Assembly: GCA_913019935.1 (NCBI GenBank)
Contig: CAJVZC010000004.1
Span: forward strand, 108-64,107
Length of the DNA: 64,000 bases
Direction: 5' to 3'
From: an uncultured Methylococcales bacterium
GTDB lineage: Bacteria > Pseudomonadota > Gammaproteobacteria > Methylococcales > Methylomonadaceae
Made by a program: the position numbers and the translations under genes. Below are positions 39,482 to 50,779 of the stretch, piece after piece. The notes under the pieces were generated by a model, which saw only the letters and a list, made by a program, of their open reading frames with translations, was not told the origin of the DNA and did no database searches. Numbering within the stretch: position 1 is the stretch's first letter; each line of letters opens with the position of its first letter.

Positions 39482-39529
39482 GTTCTCTATTTGTTCTTAT
39501 TATAAGCTATAAGAAAACAAACAGAGAAC
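39482..39529. promoter_or_regulatory. imperfect 48-bp palindrome containing GTTC-N7-GTTC; candidate LexA operator or tatC-lexA boundary element
   Basis: GTTCtctatttGTTC at 39482-39496. The opposite strand of 39515-39529 reads GTTCtctgtttGTTT. It lies 6 nt before the lexA ATG region and overlaps the possible promoter TTGTTC(39480)-15-TATAAG. Confidence 0.45.
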
Positions 39530-39534
39530 CTAAA

Positions 39535-40170
39535 ATGTCTGACTATCACCCGCTTACCCGTAAACAACATGAAATTTATCAATTTCTAGTTAACCATTAT
39601 CAACAATCTGAATCCGCACCGACATTAAGTGAAATTTGCATAGGGTTGGGTTTAAAATCACGCGGTTCTCTCCATAAACATATTCAACACTTAGTGGAAG
39701 CAGGTTTAGTTGAGCCTTCTAATCGTCAACAACGTGGCATTAGGTTAACGACACCAAAGCTATCAACAGCTATTGACCTTTCCACAGATGAGACTATTCC
39801 TTATTTAGGCAAAATAGCGGCAGGGCAACCACTTGAAGTAATGGCAAATTTTTCAAGAATCACCATTCCGACCCAATTAAAAACTAAAAATGAATGTTAT
39901 GTATTACAAGTCACTGGCGATTCAATGATTGATTTAGGTATTTATGATAATGATTGGGTCATTATAGAAAAAAGAAATTACGCCAAAAATGGCGATGTCA
40001 TTGCTGCATTGGTTAACAATGATGAAGTAACACTCAAAATTATTGAACAAACGCCTAATAAAACCATACTGATACCCGCAAATAAATCCATGCAACCAAT
40101 GCACTTTGACCCTAATAATGTACAAATTCAAGGCATTTTAGTCGGTCAAATGCGTAGTTATATTCACTAA
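39535..40170 (+). CDS. lexA: LexA repressor
   Basis: wHTH N-terminus LTRKQHEIYQFL, Ala-Gly cleavage site (KIAAGQP), catalytic Ser (GDSM) and Lys (VTLKI). Confidence 0.93.
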   Translation: MSDYHPLTRKQHEIYQFLVNHYQQSESAPTLSEICIGLGLKSRGSLHKHIQHLVEAGLVEPSNRQQRGIRLTTPKLSTAIDLSTDETIPYLGKIAAGQPLEVMANFSRITIPTQLKTKNECYVLQVTGDSMIDLGIYDNDWVIIEKRNYAKNGDVIAALVNNDEVTLKIIEQTPNKTILIPANKSMQPMHFDPNNVQIQGILVGQMRSYIH

Positions 40171-40182
40171 AAAAAGGAAATT

Positions 40183-40338
40183 ATGATGATTACCAAAATT
40201 CATATGCAAGATCAAATAAACAATCGTATCAATGATTTAATGAATGACGATAAACTATCGAGAACCGATGAGTTTTTACAAATTTTTATAGGTCTTACAA
40301 CGGTGGTTATTTTCTTAGTAGCTGGTGTTCATTGGTAA
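40183..40338 (+). CDS. unannotated 51-aa tail-anchored small membrane protein
   Basis: Manual translation: MMITKIHMQDQINNRINDLMNDDKLSRTDEFLQIFIGLTTVVIFLVAGVHW. An AAGGAAA RBS is present. It starts 12 nt after the lexA stop. It is below the ORF-track length cutoff. Confidence 0.45.
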   Translation: MMITKIHMQDQINNRINDLMNDDKLSRTDEFLQIFIGLTTVVIFLVAGVHW

Positions 40339-40339
40339 C

Positions 40340-41683
40340 TTATTTACCAATACAAAAGCTCGAGAATATTTTCCCCAATAAATCGTCAGATGAAATTTTA
40401 CCGGTAATTTCACCCAAATGATTTTGTGCTAAACGTAATTCCTCCGCAACTATTTCAGCGGCTTGATGTTCTTGCAATTGCATTAAGCCAGTACGTATTG
40501 CCGTTAATGCCTCAGAAAGAGCGTTTACATGACGCTGTCGTGCAATAAAAACAGCCTCTTGGTTTTCATTATAGCCTACGCTCTTTTTTAAATAATCTTT
40601 TAATAGGTCTAACCCCTCACCTGTTTTAATCGAAAGAAATATTTGATCACCACGGTCATGACTTAATACTTTAGCGGGTTCATTAATTAGATCTATTTTA
40701 TTAAAAATCACTACTTGTTTATCAGCTCTTATGTCTAATTGTGCGGTAAAGTCATCAAGCCCTTTTTTATCTCGGACATCGTGAATAATAAGAACTTTGT
40801 CGGCTTGTTTAATTTCATGATGAGCACGACGTATGCCTTCTTTTTCAATTAAATTCTCACTCTCATGAATACCTGCGGTATCAATAATATGTAAGGGCAA
40901 ACCATCTAATTGAATATATTCTTTCAGAACATCTCGTGTTGTTCCTGCAATATCTGTAACAATTGCAGTATCTTGACCGGTTAAGCAATTTAGTAAGCTT
41001 GATTTTCCTGCATTAGGTTTACCGACTAAGACAATAGCTATTCCATCACGCAATAATTGCCCGCTTTTTGCATTATTCAACAAGGCTGTGATTTGTTGCA
41101 GTAAGTCCTTAATACGCTGCTCAATTATTCCATCATTTAAAAAATCAATTTCTTCATCAACAAAATCTATCGCAGCCTCTATGAATATTCTAAGCTCCGT
41201 TAACTCATTAACAAGCTCATCTATTAATTTTGAAAAAACGCCTTGTAGTGAGCGCTGAGCAGATCGAACAGAATGTTCCGTGGTGCTTTCAATAATGTCA
41301 GCAACCGCTTCAGCTTGGGTCAAATCTATTTTATTATTTAAAAAAGCGCGTTCAGTAAATTCACCGGGTTGGGCAATACGCGCACCTAAACTGGTAATGC
41401 GTTTTAAAAGCATGTTAATGACCACAACGCCACCATGGCCTTGTATTTCTATAACATCTTCGCCGGTATAAGAATGTGGGGCTTTAAAATAAAGACAAAT
41501 ACCCGAATCAATAATATCTTGATGGGTATCATAAAAAGGAGTAAATAACGCTTGTCTCGGTAAAGGTTTACTGTCGGTTAATTGCGCTGCTATATCAAAA
41601 CTTTGAGGGCCAGAAATACGAATAATTGCCACCCCTCCTTTACCAAAAGGGGTGGCAATTGCTGCTATTGTATCTTCAAACAA
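40340..41683 (-). CDS. mnmE: tRNA modification GTPase MnmE
   Basis: DTIAAIATPFGKGGVAIIRISG, G1 motif GKPNAGKSS, and the C-terminal CIGK. TTG start, with no in-frame ATG near the N-terminus. Confidence 0.95.
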   Translation of the reverse strand: MFEDTIAAIATPFGKGGVAIIRISGPQSFDIAAQLTDSKPLPRQALFTPFYDTHQDIIDSGICLYFKAPHSYTGEDVIEIQGHGGVVVINMLLKRITSLGARIAQPGEFTERAFLNNKIDLTQAEAVADIIESTTEHSVRSAQRSLQGVFSKLIDELVNELTELRIFIEAAIDFVDEEIDFLNDGIIEQRIKDLLQQITALLNNAKSGQLLRDGIAIVLVGKPNAGKSSLLNCLTGQDTAIVTDIAGTTRDVLKEYIQLDGLPLHIIDTAGIHESENLIEKEGIRRAHHEIKQADKVLIIHDVRDKKGLDDFTAQLDIRADKQVVIFNKIDLINEPAKVLSHDRGDQIFLSIKTGEGLDLLKDYLKKSVGYNENQEAVFIARQRHVNALSEALTAIRTGLMQLQEHQAAEIVAEELRLAQNHLGEITGKISSDDLLGKIFSSFCIGK

Positions 41684-41700
41684 ATGAATTATTACGTTTT

Positions 41701-43404
41701 TTAGGCAACGTAATCTGGATCGTTTTTCTCAAGTTGTCTAGTAATGTACCATTGTTGTAAAAATGATAGGGTATTATTACAAACCCAATATAAGACCAAC
41801 CCTGATGGGAAAAACAGAAAAAATACCGTGAAAATATAAGGAAACATTTTCATTATTTTAGCTTGTATAGGATCAATAGGGGGCGCATTTAACAACTGTT
41901 GCAACTTCATTGTTATACCCATCAATACCGGTAACAAATAATACGGGTCTTGTACCGATAAATCTATTAACCAGCCGGCAAATGGCGCCTGTCTAATTTC
42001 AACAGTCTCAATTAATACCCAATACAACGAAATAAATACTGGGATTTGTATTAAAATCGGAAAACAACCCCCAAGCGGATTTACCTTTTCTCGTTTATAC
42101 AATGCCATCATTTCAGTATTAAAACGTTGCTTATCATCCCCACAAGACTCTTTTAATAAGGTTAATTTTGGCTGTACTTTTCTCATTCTAGCCATTGACG
42201 TATAACTGGCTTTTGACAACCTATAAAAAATTGCCTTAATACATAAGGTGACGCCTAAAATAGCTAAACCCCAGTTCACAACATATTCTTGAATATGAAT
42301 AAGTAACCAAAAAATAGGCTTACCTAAGAACGTTAAGAAACCATAATCAACCGTTAATTCTAATCCTTCAGAAACTTTTTCCATTACCGGTTGTAATTTG
42401 GGGCCCACAAATAAGTTTGAAATTAATGTCGTTTGTTCTAAAGGTTCAACCGTTACTAGTTTTGAATACGAACCAATTACATAACGTAAGTCTTCAAGTT
42501 TCTTTGTGTAAAAATGATTTTCTTCTGTGGCTGGTGGAACCCAAGCCGTGGCAAAATAATGCTGAATCATTGCCGACCAACCACCGGTATTTTTACGGCT
42601 GAGGTCGCTTGAATTCAACTCATCATAATCAATTTTTTCATATTTTTCTTCCGTTGAATAAAGAACTGGGCCTTCATAGGTACGAATGAAATTTTTATTA
42701 TTGCCATCTTCTTCTAAAGGCTTTCTAAGTAACTGACTATATTGACGTCCTTGCCAGGTTTTATTTGAATTGTTAACGATTTCTTGTTCTAAACCGATAA
42801 CATAACTACCTCGTGTAAAGATAAAGGTTTTAGTAACTTCAATACCATTATCATCAGTCCAGGTTAAAGGTACTGTCAAGGTATCTTCAGTATCAGATAA
42901 TACATAGGTTTTTTTAGCTGCCGAGAGGACGGCATGATGATTCGGAGCAGTACTATTACTTCCCATCAAACCACTTTGTGCTAAAAATAATTTTGAATTT
43001 TTACTGTTTAATAAACGAATAACTTCATCAGAATCTTGTTTCTCAGTTTCAGGAAGCCAACTGATATCAAAGTTTTCTTTTAATAAACGTCCCCACCCAT
43101 CATCTTCTTGAGCACTATGTTTCGGGTACTTTAATAAGTCTAAATTCTGTAATGTTCCGCCTTGCGTATCAATTTCTAAACGGTAAACATCTGTTGTTAC
43201 GGTAATAATTCTATCTGATATTGCAGTTAGTACATTACCACTAACATCTGTAGAAACTGGCACACCACCATTTTCTTCTAATAATTTAGCCTCTTTAGCG
43301 GCTTTAACAGCTGGATTTAAAACATAATCTGTTTGCCAATTTTCATAAAGCATGACACTGATTAGTCCTAACAACAGTATTAATAAAAACCTAATATTTT
43401 GCAT
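41701..43404 (-). CDS. yidC: membrane protein insertase YidC
   Basis: [26 protein letters not shown] aligns with the E. coli YidC N-terminus. The C-terminal 60-kDa IMP domain is present. The track start 43437 is a TTG extension. Confidence 0.95.
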   Translation of the reverse strand: MQNIRFLLILLLGLISVMLYENWQTDYVLNPAVKAAKEAKLLEENGGVPVSTDVSGNVLTAISDRIITVTTDVYRLEIDTQGGTLQNLDLLKYPKHSAQEDDGWGRLLKENFDISWLPETEKQDSDEVIRLLNSKNSKLFLAQSGLMGSNSTAPNHHAVLSAAKKTYVLSDTEDTLTVPLTWTDDNGIEVTKTFIFTRGSYVIGLEQEIVNNSNKTWQGRQYSQLLRKPLEEDGNNKNFIRTYEGPVLYSTEEKYEKIDYDELNSSDLSRKNTGGWSAMIQHYFATAWVPPATEENHFYTKKLEDLRYVIGSYSKLVTVEPLEQTTLISNLFVGPKLQPVMEKVSEGLELTVDYGFLTFLGKPIFWLLIHIQEYVVNWGLAILGVTLCIKAIFYRLSKASYTSMARMRKVQPKLTLLKESCGDDKQRFNTEMMALYKREKVNPLGGCFPILIQIPVFISLYWVLIETVEIRQAPFAGWLIDLSVQDPYYLLPVLMGITMKLQQLLNAPPIDPIQAKIMKMFPYIFTVFFLFFPSGLVLYWVCNNTLSFLQQWYITRQLEKNDPDYVA

Positions 43405-43651
43405 TCTTTCTACCGAATTTTTGGGGAACATGATCAATACCGCCTGGATGAAAAGGCTGGCATTTCATTATTCTTTTTATTATTAAAAATAGGCCAATTA
43501 TCACTCCATGTTGTTCAAGGGCAGTTACCGCATAACTTGAACAACTTGGATAAAAGCGACAATTATTACCCAATAAAGGACTAATAAAAAACTTATAAAA
43601 CCTGATCAAATGAATCAGTATAAAACGCATTTTTTTTGTAAATTTTGCCAA
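43391..43651 (-). CDS. yidD: membrane protein insertion efficiency factor YidD
   Basis: [27 protein letters not shown] motif. An alternative ATG lies at 43630. Confidence 0.9.
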   Translation of the reverse strand: MAKFTKKMRFILIHLIRFYKFFISPLLGNNCRFYPSCSSYAVTALEQHGVIIGLFLIIKRIMKCQPFHPGGIDHVPQKFGRKNAKY

Positions 43652-43980
43652 TGCTTTTTAAGCGAAACTTTCAATCTTTCAACTGTTACATCACCGGTTT
43701 GATATCTTGTTAAAACAACAAAATCAATAGCACCTAATAAATGCTGTTCAGTTCTAAAACTTTCACGGATCATCCGTTTAATTTTATTTCTATCCGTAGA
43801 ATTTTTTATATTCTTTTTTGCAATTGCCAAACCCAATCGCGGAAAATCTAACTCATTTTTCCTAGCTAATACCGTAAAATATTTGTCCGTAGATCGAGTC
43901 GGCAAATCAAATACAGATTTAAATTGGATTGGTTTTTTTAATCTTAACCGTGCAGGAAAATCAAACGTTTGTTTAATCAA
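43615..43980 (-). CDS. rnpA: RNase P protein component
   Basis: [29 protein letters not shown] (RNR motif). TTG start directly after the rpmH stop. Confidence 0.92.
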   Translation of the reverse strand: MIKQTFDFPARLRLKKPIQFKSVFDLPTRSTDKYFTVLARKNELDFPRLGLAIAKKNIKNSTDRNKIKRMIRESFRTEQHLLGAIDFVVLTRYQTGDVTVERLKVSLKKHWQNLQKKCVLY

Positions 43981-44115
43981 TTACACAGTTAAACTAGAAC
44001 GTCCTTTTGCTCTACGTGCATTAATCACACGTCGCCCACCGGGTGTACTCATACGTGATCTAAAACCGTGTGTACGTGCTCTTTTTATTTTGCTGGGTTG
44101 GTAAGTTCTTTTCAT
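43981..44115 (-). CDS. rpmH: 50S ribosomal protein L34
   Basis: Not in the ORF track because it is only 44 aa. Manual translation: [44 protein letters not shown]. Confidence 0.95.
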   Translation of the reverse strand: MKRTYQPSKIKRARTHGFRSRMSTPGGRRVINARRAKGRSSLTV

Positions 44116-44255
44116 TTAAATAACCTAATAAATAAGATCCTGAATGGATCAATAAACCCTTAATTTTAAATCATTAGCTTGATTTTTGTCAACTACACCT
44201 TAGTAATTCCTACAGACACCATCACCAACAATTCCTTTTTATAAATTTCATTACC

Positions 44256-44439
44256 TTGTTTCTTTCCTTTGGCTAAACTGTGGATAACTTCACACTGAAA
44301 TCTTATCCACTTTGTATCAACATATTTTTAGAGCCTTAGCCACAAGGGTTTTTGTTTTTTAACCACTTGATTAATAATGCTTTTTTTAACTTATAAACCA
44401 TTTTACCTTTCACTAATAACAATAATAATCTTTTTAAAT
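44256..44439 (+). repeat. oriC module, copy 1 (184 bp)
   Basis: Aligns with 44555-44738 at a constant offset of 299 bp. The 3' 71 bp (44369-44439) differ from copy 2 at one position. Confidence 0.85.
44279..44287 (-). promoter_or_regulatory. perfect DnaA box (TTATCCACA on the minus strand)
   Basis: TGTGGATAA on the plus strand. Nearby boxes are TTATCCACT (44303-44311), TTAGCCACA (44336-44344) and TTAACCACT (44359-44367). Confidence 0.8.
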
Positions 44440-44554
44440 TATCTTATTATTAATTTATAGGCCTTAATGCATGCCTTTTATCTCACTTAAAATATCAACG
44501 TTTTTTAAATATCAATTTCCATTTCTTTTTTAAATTATTTTAATTTTTATTAAG

Positions 44555-44738
44555 TTGTTTCTTTCCTTTTGTTAAACTGTGGATAACTTCTAGTTTAAAT
44601 CTTATCCCCTTTTTATTTACATGTTTAAAGGACATTAACCACAGGGGGTTTACCATTTTAAATCATTGATTAATAATGGTTTTTTTAACTTATAAACCAT
44701 TTTACCTTTCACTAATAACAATAATAATCTTTTTAAAT
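44555..44738 (+). repeat. oriC module, copy 2 (184 bp)
   Basis: Direct repeat of 44256-44439. It ends 31 nt before the dnaA ATG. Confidence 0.85.
44578..44586 (-). promoter_or_regulatory. perfect DnaA box (TTATCCACA on the minus strand)
   Basis: TGTGGATAA on the plus strand. Nearby boxes are TTATCCCCT (44602-44610) and TTAACCACA (44635-44643). Confidence 0.8.
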
Positions 44739-44769
44739 AAATATATTATTACTTTATAACGTTTAACTT

Positions 44770-46098
44770 ATGACTCCTATTTGGCCTAAAATAACAACGC
44801 TGTTAGAAAATGAACTTCCTTCACAAGACTTTAATACCTGGATCAGGCCGTTACAAAGTGTTGAACAAACAACTTCTTTAACCTTACTTGCACCTAATCA
44901 CTTTGTTCTGGATTGGGTTAATGAGCATTATTTACCTAAAATTCAAGGGATTGTTACCGAACTACTTAATGATGATTTAGTTGTTCACCTAGAAATTGGC
45001 TCTACACAACCACCCGTACAAACCAAAATTCAAAAACCGTTTAATACCCTAAAAAAGCCACCTTTAATTAAACACAGCCCAAATAATTTAAATAAACAAT
45101 TTAATTTTCAAAACTTTATTGTCGGTAAATCTAATCAATTAGCTAAAGCAGCAGCCACACAAGTTACAGAAAATATTGGTGAAGCCTATAATCCTTTATT
45201 AATTTATGGCAGTTCCGGCTTGGGAAAAACACATCTTATGCATGCTATTGGAAATAATGTTTTAGCTAAAAATCCTGAGGCTAAAATAATTTATTTACAT
45301 TCCGAGCGTTTTGTACAAGATATGGTGAAAGCTTTACAGCACAACACCATGTCAAAATTCAAAAATTTTTACCGTAACATTGATGTTTTATTGATCGATG
45401 ACATTCAGTTTTTTGCAGGTAAAGAACGATCCCAAGAAGAATTTTTTCATACGTTCAACACGCTTTTAGAAAATAAACATCAAATTGTTTTGACTTCTGA
45501 TAAGTTTCCTAAGGAAATAAATGGGTTAGAGGATCGACTGAAATCAAGATTTGGATGGGGCTTACCGGTATCAATAGATCCACCCGATTTAGAAACACGC
45601 GCGGCTATTCTTATGTCTAAAGCGGCCTCGGTTAAGATTGATTTACCCCAGGAAGTTGCTTTTTTTATTGGTAAAAGAATACGCTCAAATGTTAGAGATT
45701 TAGAGGGTGCGTTAAGACGTGTTATTGCGAATGCTCATTTTACGGGAAAAGACATAACCATTGCTTTTACTAAAGAAGTTTTAAATGATTTAATTGCGAT
45801 TCAAGATAAACTGGTACACATTGATAATATTCAGAAGACAGTGGCCGAATATTTTAAAATTAGAGTTTCAGATTTACATTCTAAAAAAAGAACACGCTCA
45901 ATAACCCGACCGCGACAGTTAGCGATGACATTAGCCCGAGAATTAACCAGTCATAGTTTGCCTGAAATTGGAGAGTCTTTTGGTGGAAGAGATCATACGA
46001 CTGTCATTAATGCGTGTAAAAAAATTAATGAACTTAAAGAAACGGACTCAAGAATGTCTGATGATTATACGAGCTTAGTACGTATATTAACGCACTAA
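44770..46098 (+). CDS. dnaA: chromosomal replication initiator DnaA
   Basis: Walker [16 protein letters not shown], and the C-terminal DNA-binding motif GGRDHTTV. Confidence 0.97.
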   Translation: MTPIWPKITTLLENELPSQDFNTWIRPLQSVEQTTSLTLLAPNHFVLDWVNEHYLPKIQGIVTELLNDDLVVHLEIGSTQPPVQTKIQKPFNTLKKPPLIKHSPNNLNKQFNFQNFIVGKSNQLAKAAATQVTENIGEAYNPLLIYGSSGLGKTHLMHAIGNNVLAKNPEAKIIYLHSERFVQDMVKALQHNTMSKFKNFYRNIDVLLIDDIQFFAGKERSQEEFFHTFNTLLENKHQIVLTSDKFPKEINGLEDRLKSRFGWGLPVSIDPPDLETRAAILMSKAASVKIDLPQEVAFFIGKRIRSNVRDLEGALRRVIANAHFTGKDITIAFTKEVLNDLIAIQDKLVHIDNIQKTVAEYFKIRVSDLHSKKRTRSITRPRQLAMTLARELTSHSLPEIGESFGGRDHTTVINACKKINELKETDSRMSDDYTSLVRILTH

Positions 46099-46137
46099 AT
46101 TTACCCCATTATTTATGTTTAACAATTAAGCAACCCT

Positions 46138-47238
46138 ATGAAATTCACAATTAATCGAGAAGTTTTTCTTTTACCGTTACAGCAAATTGTAAATGTTATT
46201 GAAAAAAGACAAACGATGCCTATTTTGTCTAATATTTTGCTAAAAATGAATGCGGGTGTTTTAACGTTAACGGGTTCTGATTTAGAAATTCAATTGGTAG
46301 CAGATATAAAAATTGAAGAAACTGAAAATAGCGCAATAACTGTCCCAGCACGAAAAATATTAGATATTATTCGTTTATTACCCGCTGAATCAAAAATAAA
46401 TATTGAACTGAATAAAGATAAATTAAAAATTGTTTCAGGACGAAGTCGATTTTCATTAACAACGCTAGAGGCTACTAATTACCCTGCGTTTGATGAAAAT
46501 AATTTTCACACCACGCTGTCTATGCCGATTGCTCAGCTCAATAAAGCATTAACTAAGTCATTATTCTGCATGGCTAACCAAGATGTAAGATATTACTTAA
46601 ACGGCATATTGGTTACCATAACCAACCAACAATTAAAAATAGTGGCGTCAGATGGACATCGGTTGGCGCTTTATAATGAGTCGTTAACCGAAGCCAATGA
46701 AATTGAAGCTTCTTTTATTATTCCTAGAAAAGGGGTTATTGAATTAAGCCGGTTAATGAGTGATTCAGAGCAATCATTATCATTACAACTTGCGGCCAGT
46801 AACGTTCGTTTGGATTTTGATAAGCTTTCTTTTTCGGTAAAATTAATTGATGCAAAATACCCTGATTTTAGTAAAGTTTTTCAACAAGAGTTTAAATCAA
46901 TTATTCCAATAAACAGACAAGATTTAAAAGATGCCTTAACCCGGGTTTCAATTTTGTCTAATGAAAAATTTAAAGGTGTTTCACTTAATTTTAGTGGATC
47001 AACTTTAAAAGTGGCGGCGTATAATCCTGATCACGAAGAAGCGGAAGAAAATTTACCCATTGAATTTTCTGGGGAAGATTTTGTTATTGCCTTTAATGCG
47101 CAATATTTATTGGATGCTGTTTCAAATTTGGAATCCGATGTTATTCATATGTCTTTATCAACCAACATGAGCGCCTGTGTTATTGAAGACCCTATTGATT
47201 CCAGTTATCAATATATTGTGATGCCAATGCGTTTGTAG
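46138..47238 (+). CDS. dnaN: DNA polymerase III beta sliding clamp
   Basis: 366 aa, MKFTINRE..., ending VMPMRL. Confidence 0.96.
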   Translation: MKFTINREVFLLPLQQIVNVIEKRQTMPILSNILLKMNAGVLTLTGSDLEIQLVADIKIEETENSAITVPARKILDIIRLLPAESKINIELNKDKLKIVSGRSRFSLTTLEATNYPAFDENNFHTTLSMPIAQLNKALTKSLFCMANQDVRYYLNGILVTITNQQLKIVASDGHRLALYNESLTEANEIEASFIIPRKGVIELSRLMSDSEQSLSLQLAASNVRLDFDKLSFSVKLIDAKYPDFSKVFQQEFKSIIPINRQDLKDALTRVSILSNEKFKGVSLNFSGSTLKVAAYNPDHEEAEENLPIEFSGEDFVIAFNAQYLLDAVSNLESDVIHMSLSTNMSACVIEDPIDSSYQYIVMPMRL

Positions 47239-47247
47239 TTACGGTCA

Positions 47248-48321
47248 ATGGGACTGTTAACACTGGATGTTTTTAATGTCAGGAATATAAAAAAAGCCAG
47301 TATAGCGCCGGCGTCGAAATTTAATTTTATTTATGGTTTAAATGGAAGCGGAAAAAGCGCGTTATTAGAAGCTATTTTTTTAATGGGCCGGGCTAAATCA
47401 TTTCGTACTGCTGATTTATCTAAAATCATTAACTTCAATGCTAATCAATTTATTGTTTCCGGCAAAGTTCAATCCGAAAAAAACACGACCACCCTAGGGA
47501 TTCAATATCATTCGGGTCAATTTGTGGCACGAATGGATCAGCAAACGGTTAAATCAAAAGCCTCCATAGCTTATTGTTTCCCGTTGCAAATCATTCATCC
47601 GAAAAGCTACCGCACGCTAGATGCAGGGCCGCAAATCAGGCGAGAGTTTATGGATTGGGGTGTTTTTAATTTAGATCCAGCATTTTTAACCTCTTGGCGA
47701 CGGTTTAAGAAGGCATTAACACAAAGGAATGCGGCCTTGAAAAACAAAGTATTAAATGAGGTTAGGGTTTGGGAGCCTGAGCTTGCATATTACGGTACAA
47801 TAGTTCAAGAATGTCGCTGTGATTATATCGAGCAATTAAAACCTTATTTTTTATTAGTTAGTGAGCAGTTGTTAGGGATAACAGAAATAGATATAAAAAT
47901 TATCGCAGGATGGGACGCCGCTTTTACTTACGAACAAGCCTTACATAAATCCACAGAAAAAGATTTACGATATGGTTATACCCGACTCGGTCCTCATCGC
48001 GGTGATTTCAGTGTGTTGGTTCAAAAGAGGCAAGCAAAAGACCACGTCTCTCGAGGCCAACTAAAAATGCTTGTTTTGGCGCTTAGTATGGCGCAAGTGC
48101 TTATGTTAAAAGAAAACAACCAACAAATGGGTTGTTTCATGATCGACGACTTAACAGCGGAACTAGATCAACACAGCAAAGAAAAGGTTTTTTGTTGCTT
48201 GGATGATATGAGTATCCAGGTCTTTTTAACAGCAACAGACCAAGAAAGTTTTAAAAATGATTTACCCCAAGGTGATCATAAAATGTTCCACGTGGAACAG
48301 GGTGTGATAACGGAAGCATAA
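47248..48321 (+). CDS. recF: DNA replication and repair protein RecF
   Basis: Walker A GLNGSGKS, signature SRGQLKML, and Walker B FMIDDLTAELD. Confidence 0.95.
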   Translation: MGLLTLDVFNVRNIKKASIAPASKFNFIYGLNGSGKSALLEAIFLMGRAKSFRTADLSKIINFNANQFIVSGKVQSEKNTTTLGIQYHSGQFVARMDQQTVKSKASIAYCFPLQIIHPKSYRTLDAGPQIRREFMDWGVFNLDPAFLTSWRRFKKALTQRNAALKNKVLNEVRVWEPELAYYGTIVQECRCDYIEQLKPYFLLVSEQLLGITEIDIKIIAGWDAAFTYEQALHKSTEKDLRYGYTRLGPHRGDFSVLVQKRQAKDHVSRGQLKMLVLALSMAQVLMLKENNQQMGCFMIDDLTAELDQHSKEKVFCCLDDMSIQVFLTATDQESFKNDLPQGDHKMFHVEQGVITEA

Positions 48322-48337
48322 TTGTTTCACGTGGAAC
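48285..48337. repeat. two copies of a CACGTG-centred palindrome at the recF-gyrB junction
   Basis: GTTCCACGTGGAAC (48285-48298) is a perfect 14-bp palindrome inside the recF 3' end. GTTTCACGTGGAAC (48324-48337) lies in the spacer. The two are 39 bp apart. Confidence 0.6.
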
Positions 48338-48361
48338 CTATAAATTAATCAAAAAGGCTAG

Positions 48362-50770
<2,409 letters not shown>

Positions 50771-50779
50771 AGGGTTGTT

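Larger units (their letters stand above)
44116..44769. other. oriC: putative chromosomal replication origin (oriC), rpmH-dnaA spacer
   Basis: A 654-bp AT-rich non-coding spacer flanked by rpmH (-) and dnaA (+). It has two perfect DnaA boxes and several boxes with 1-2 mismatches. A very AT-rich stretch lies at 44440-44554. Only two GATC sites are present (44136 and 44147). Confidence 0.75.
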
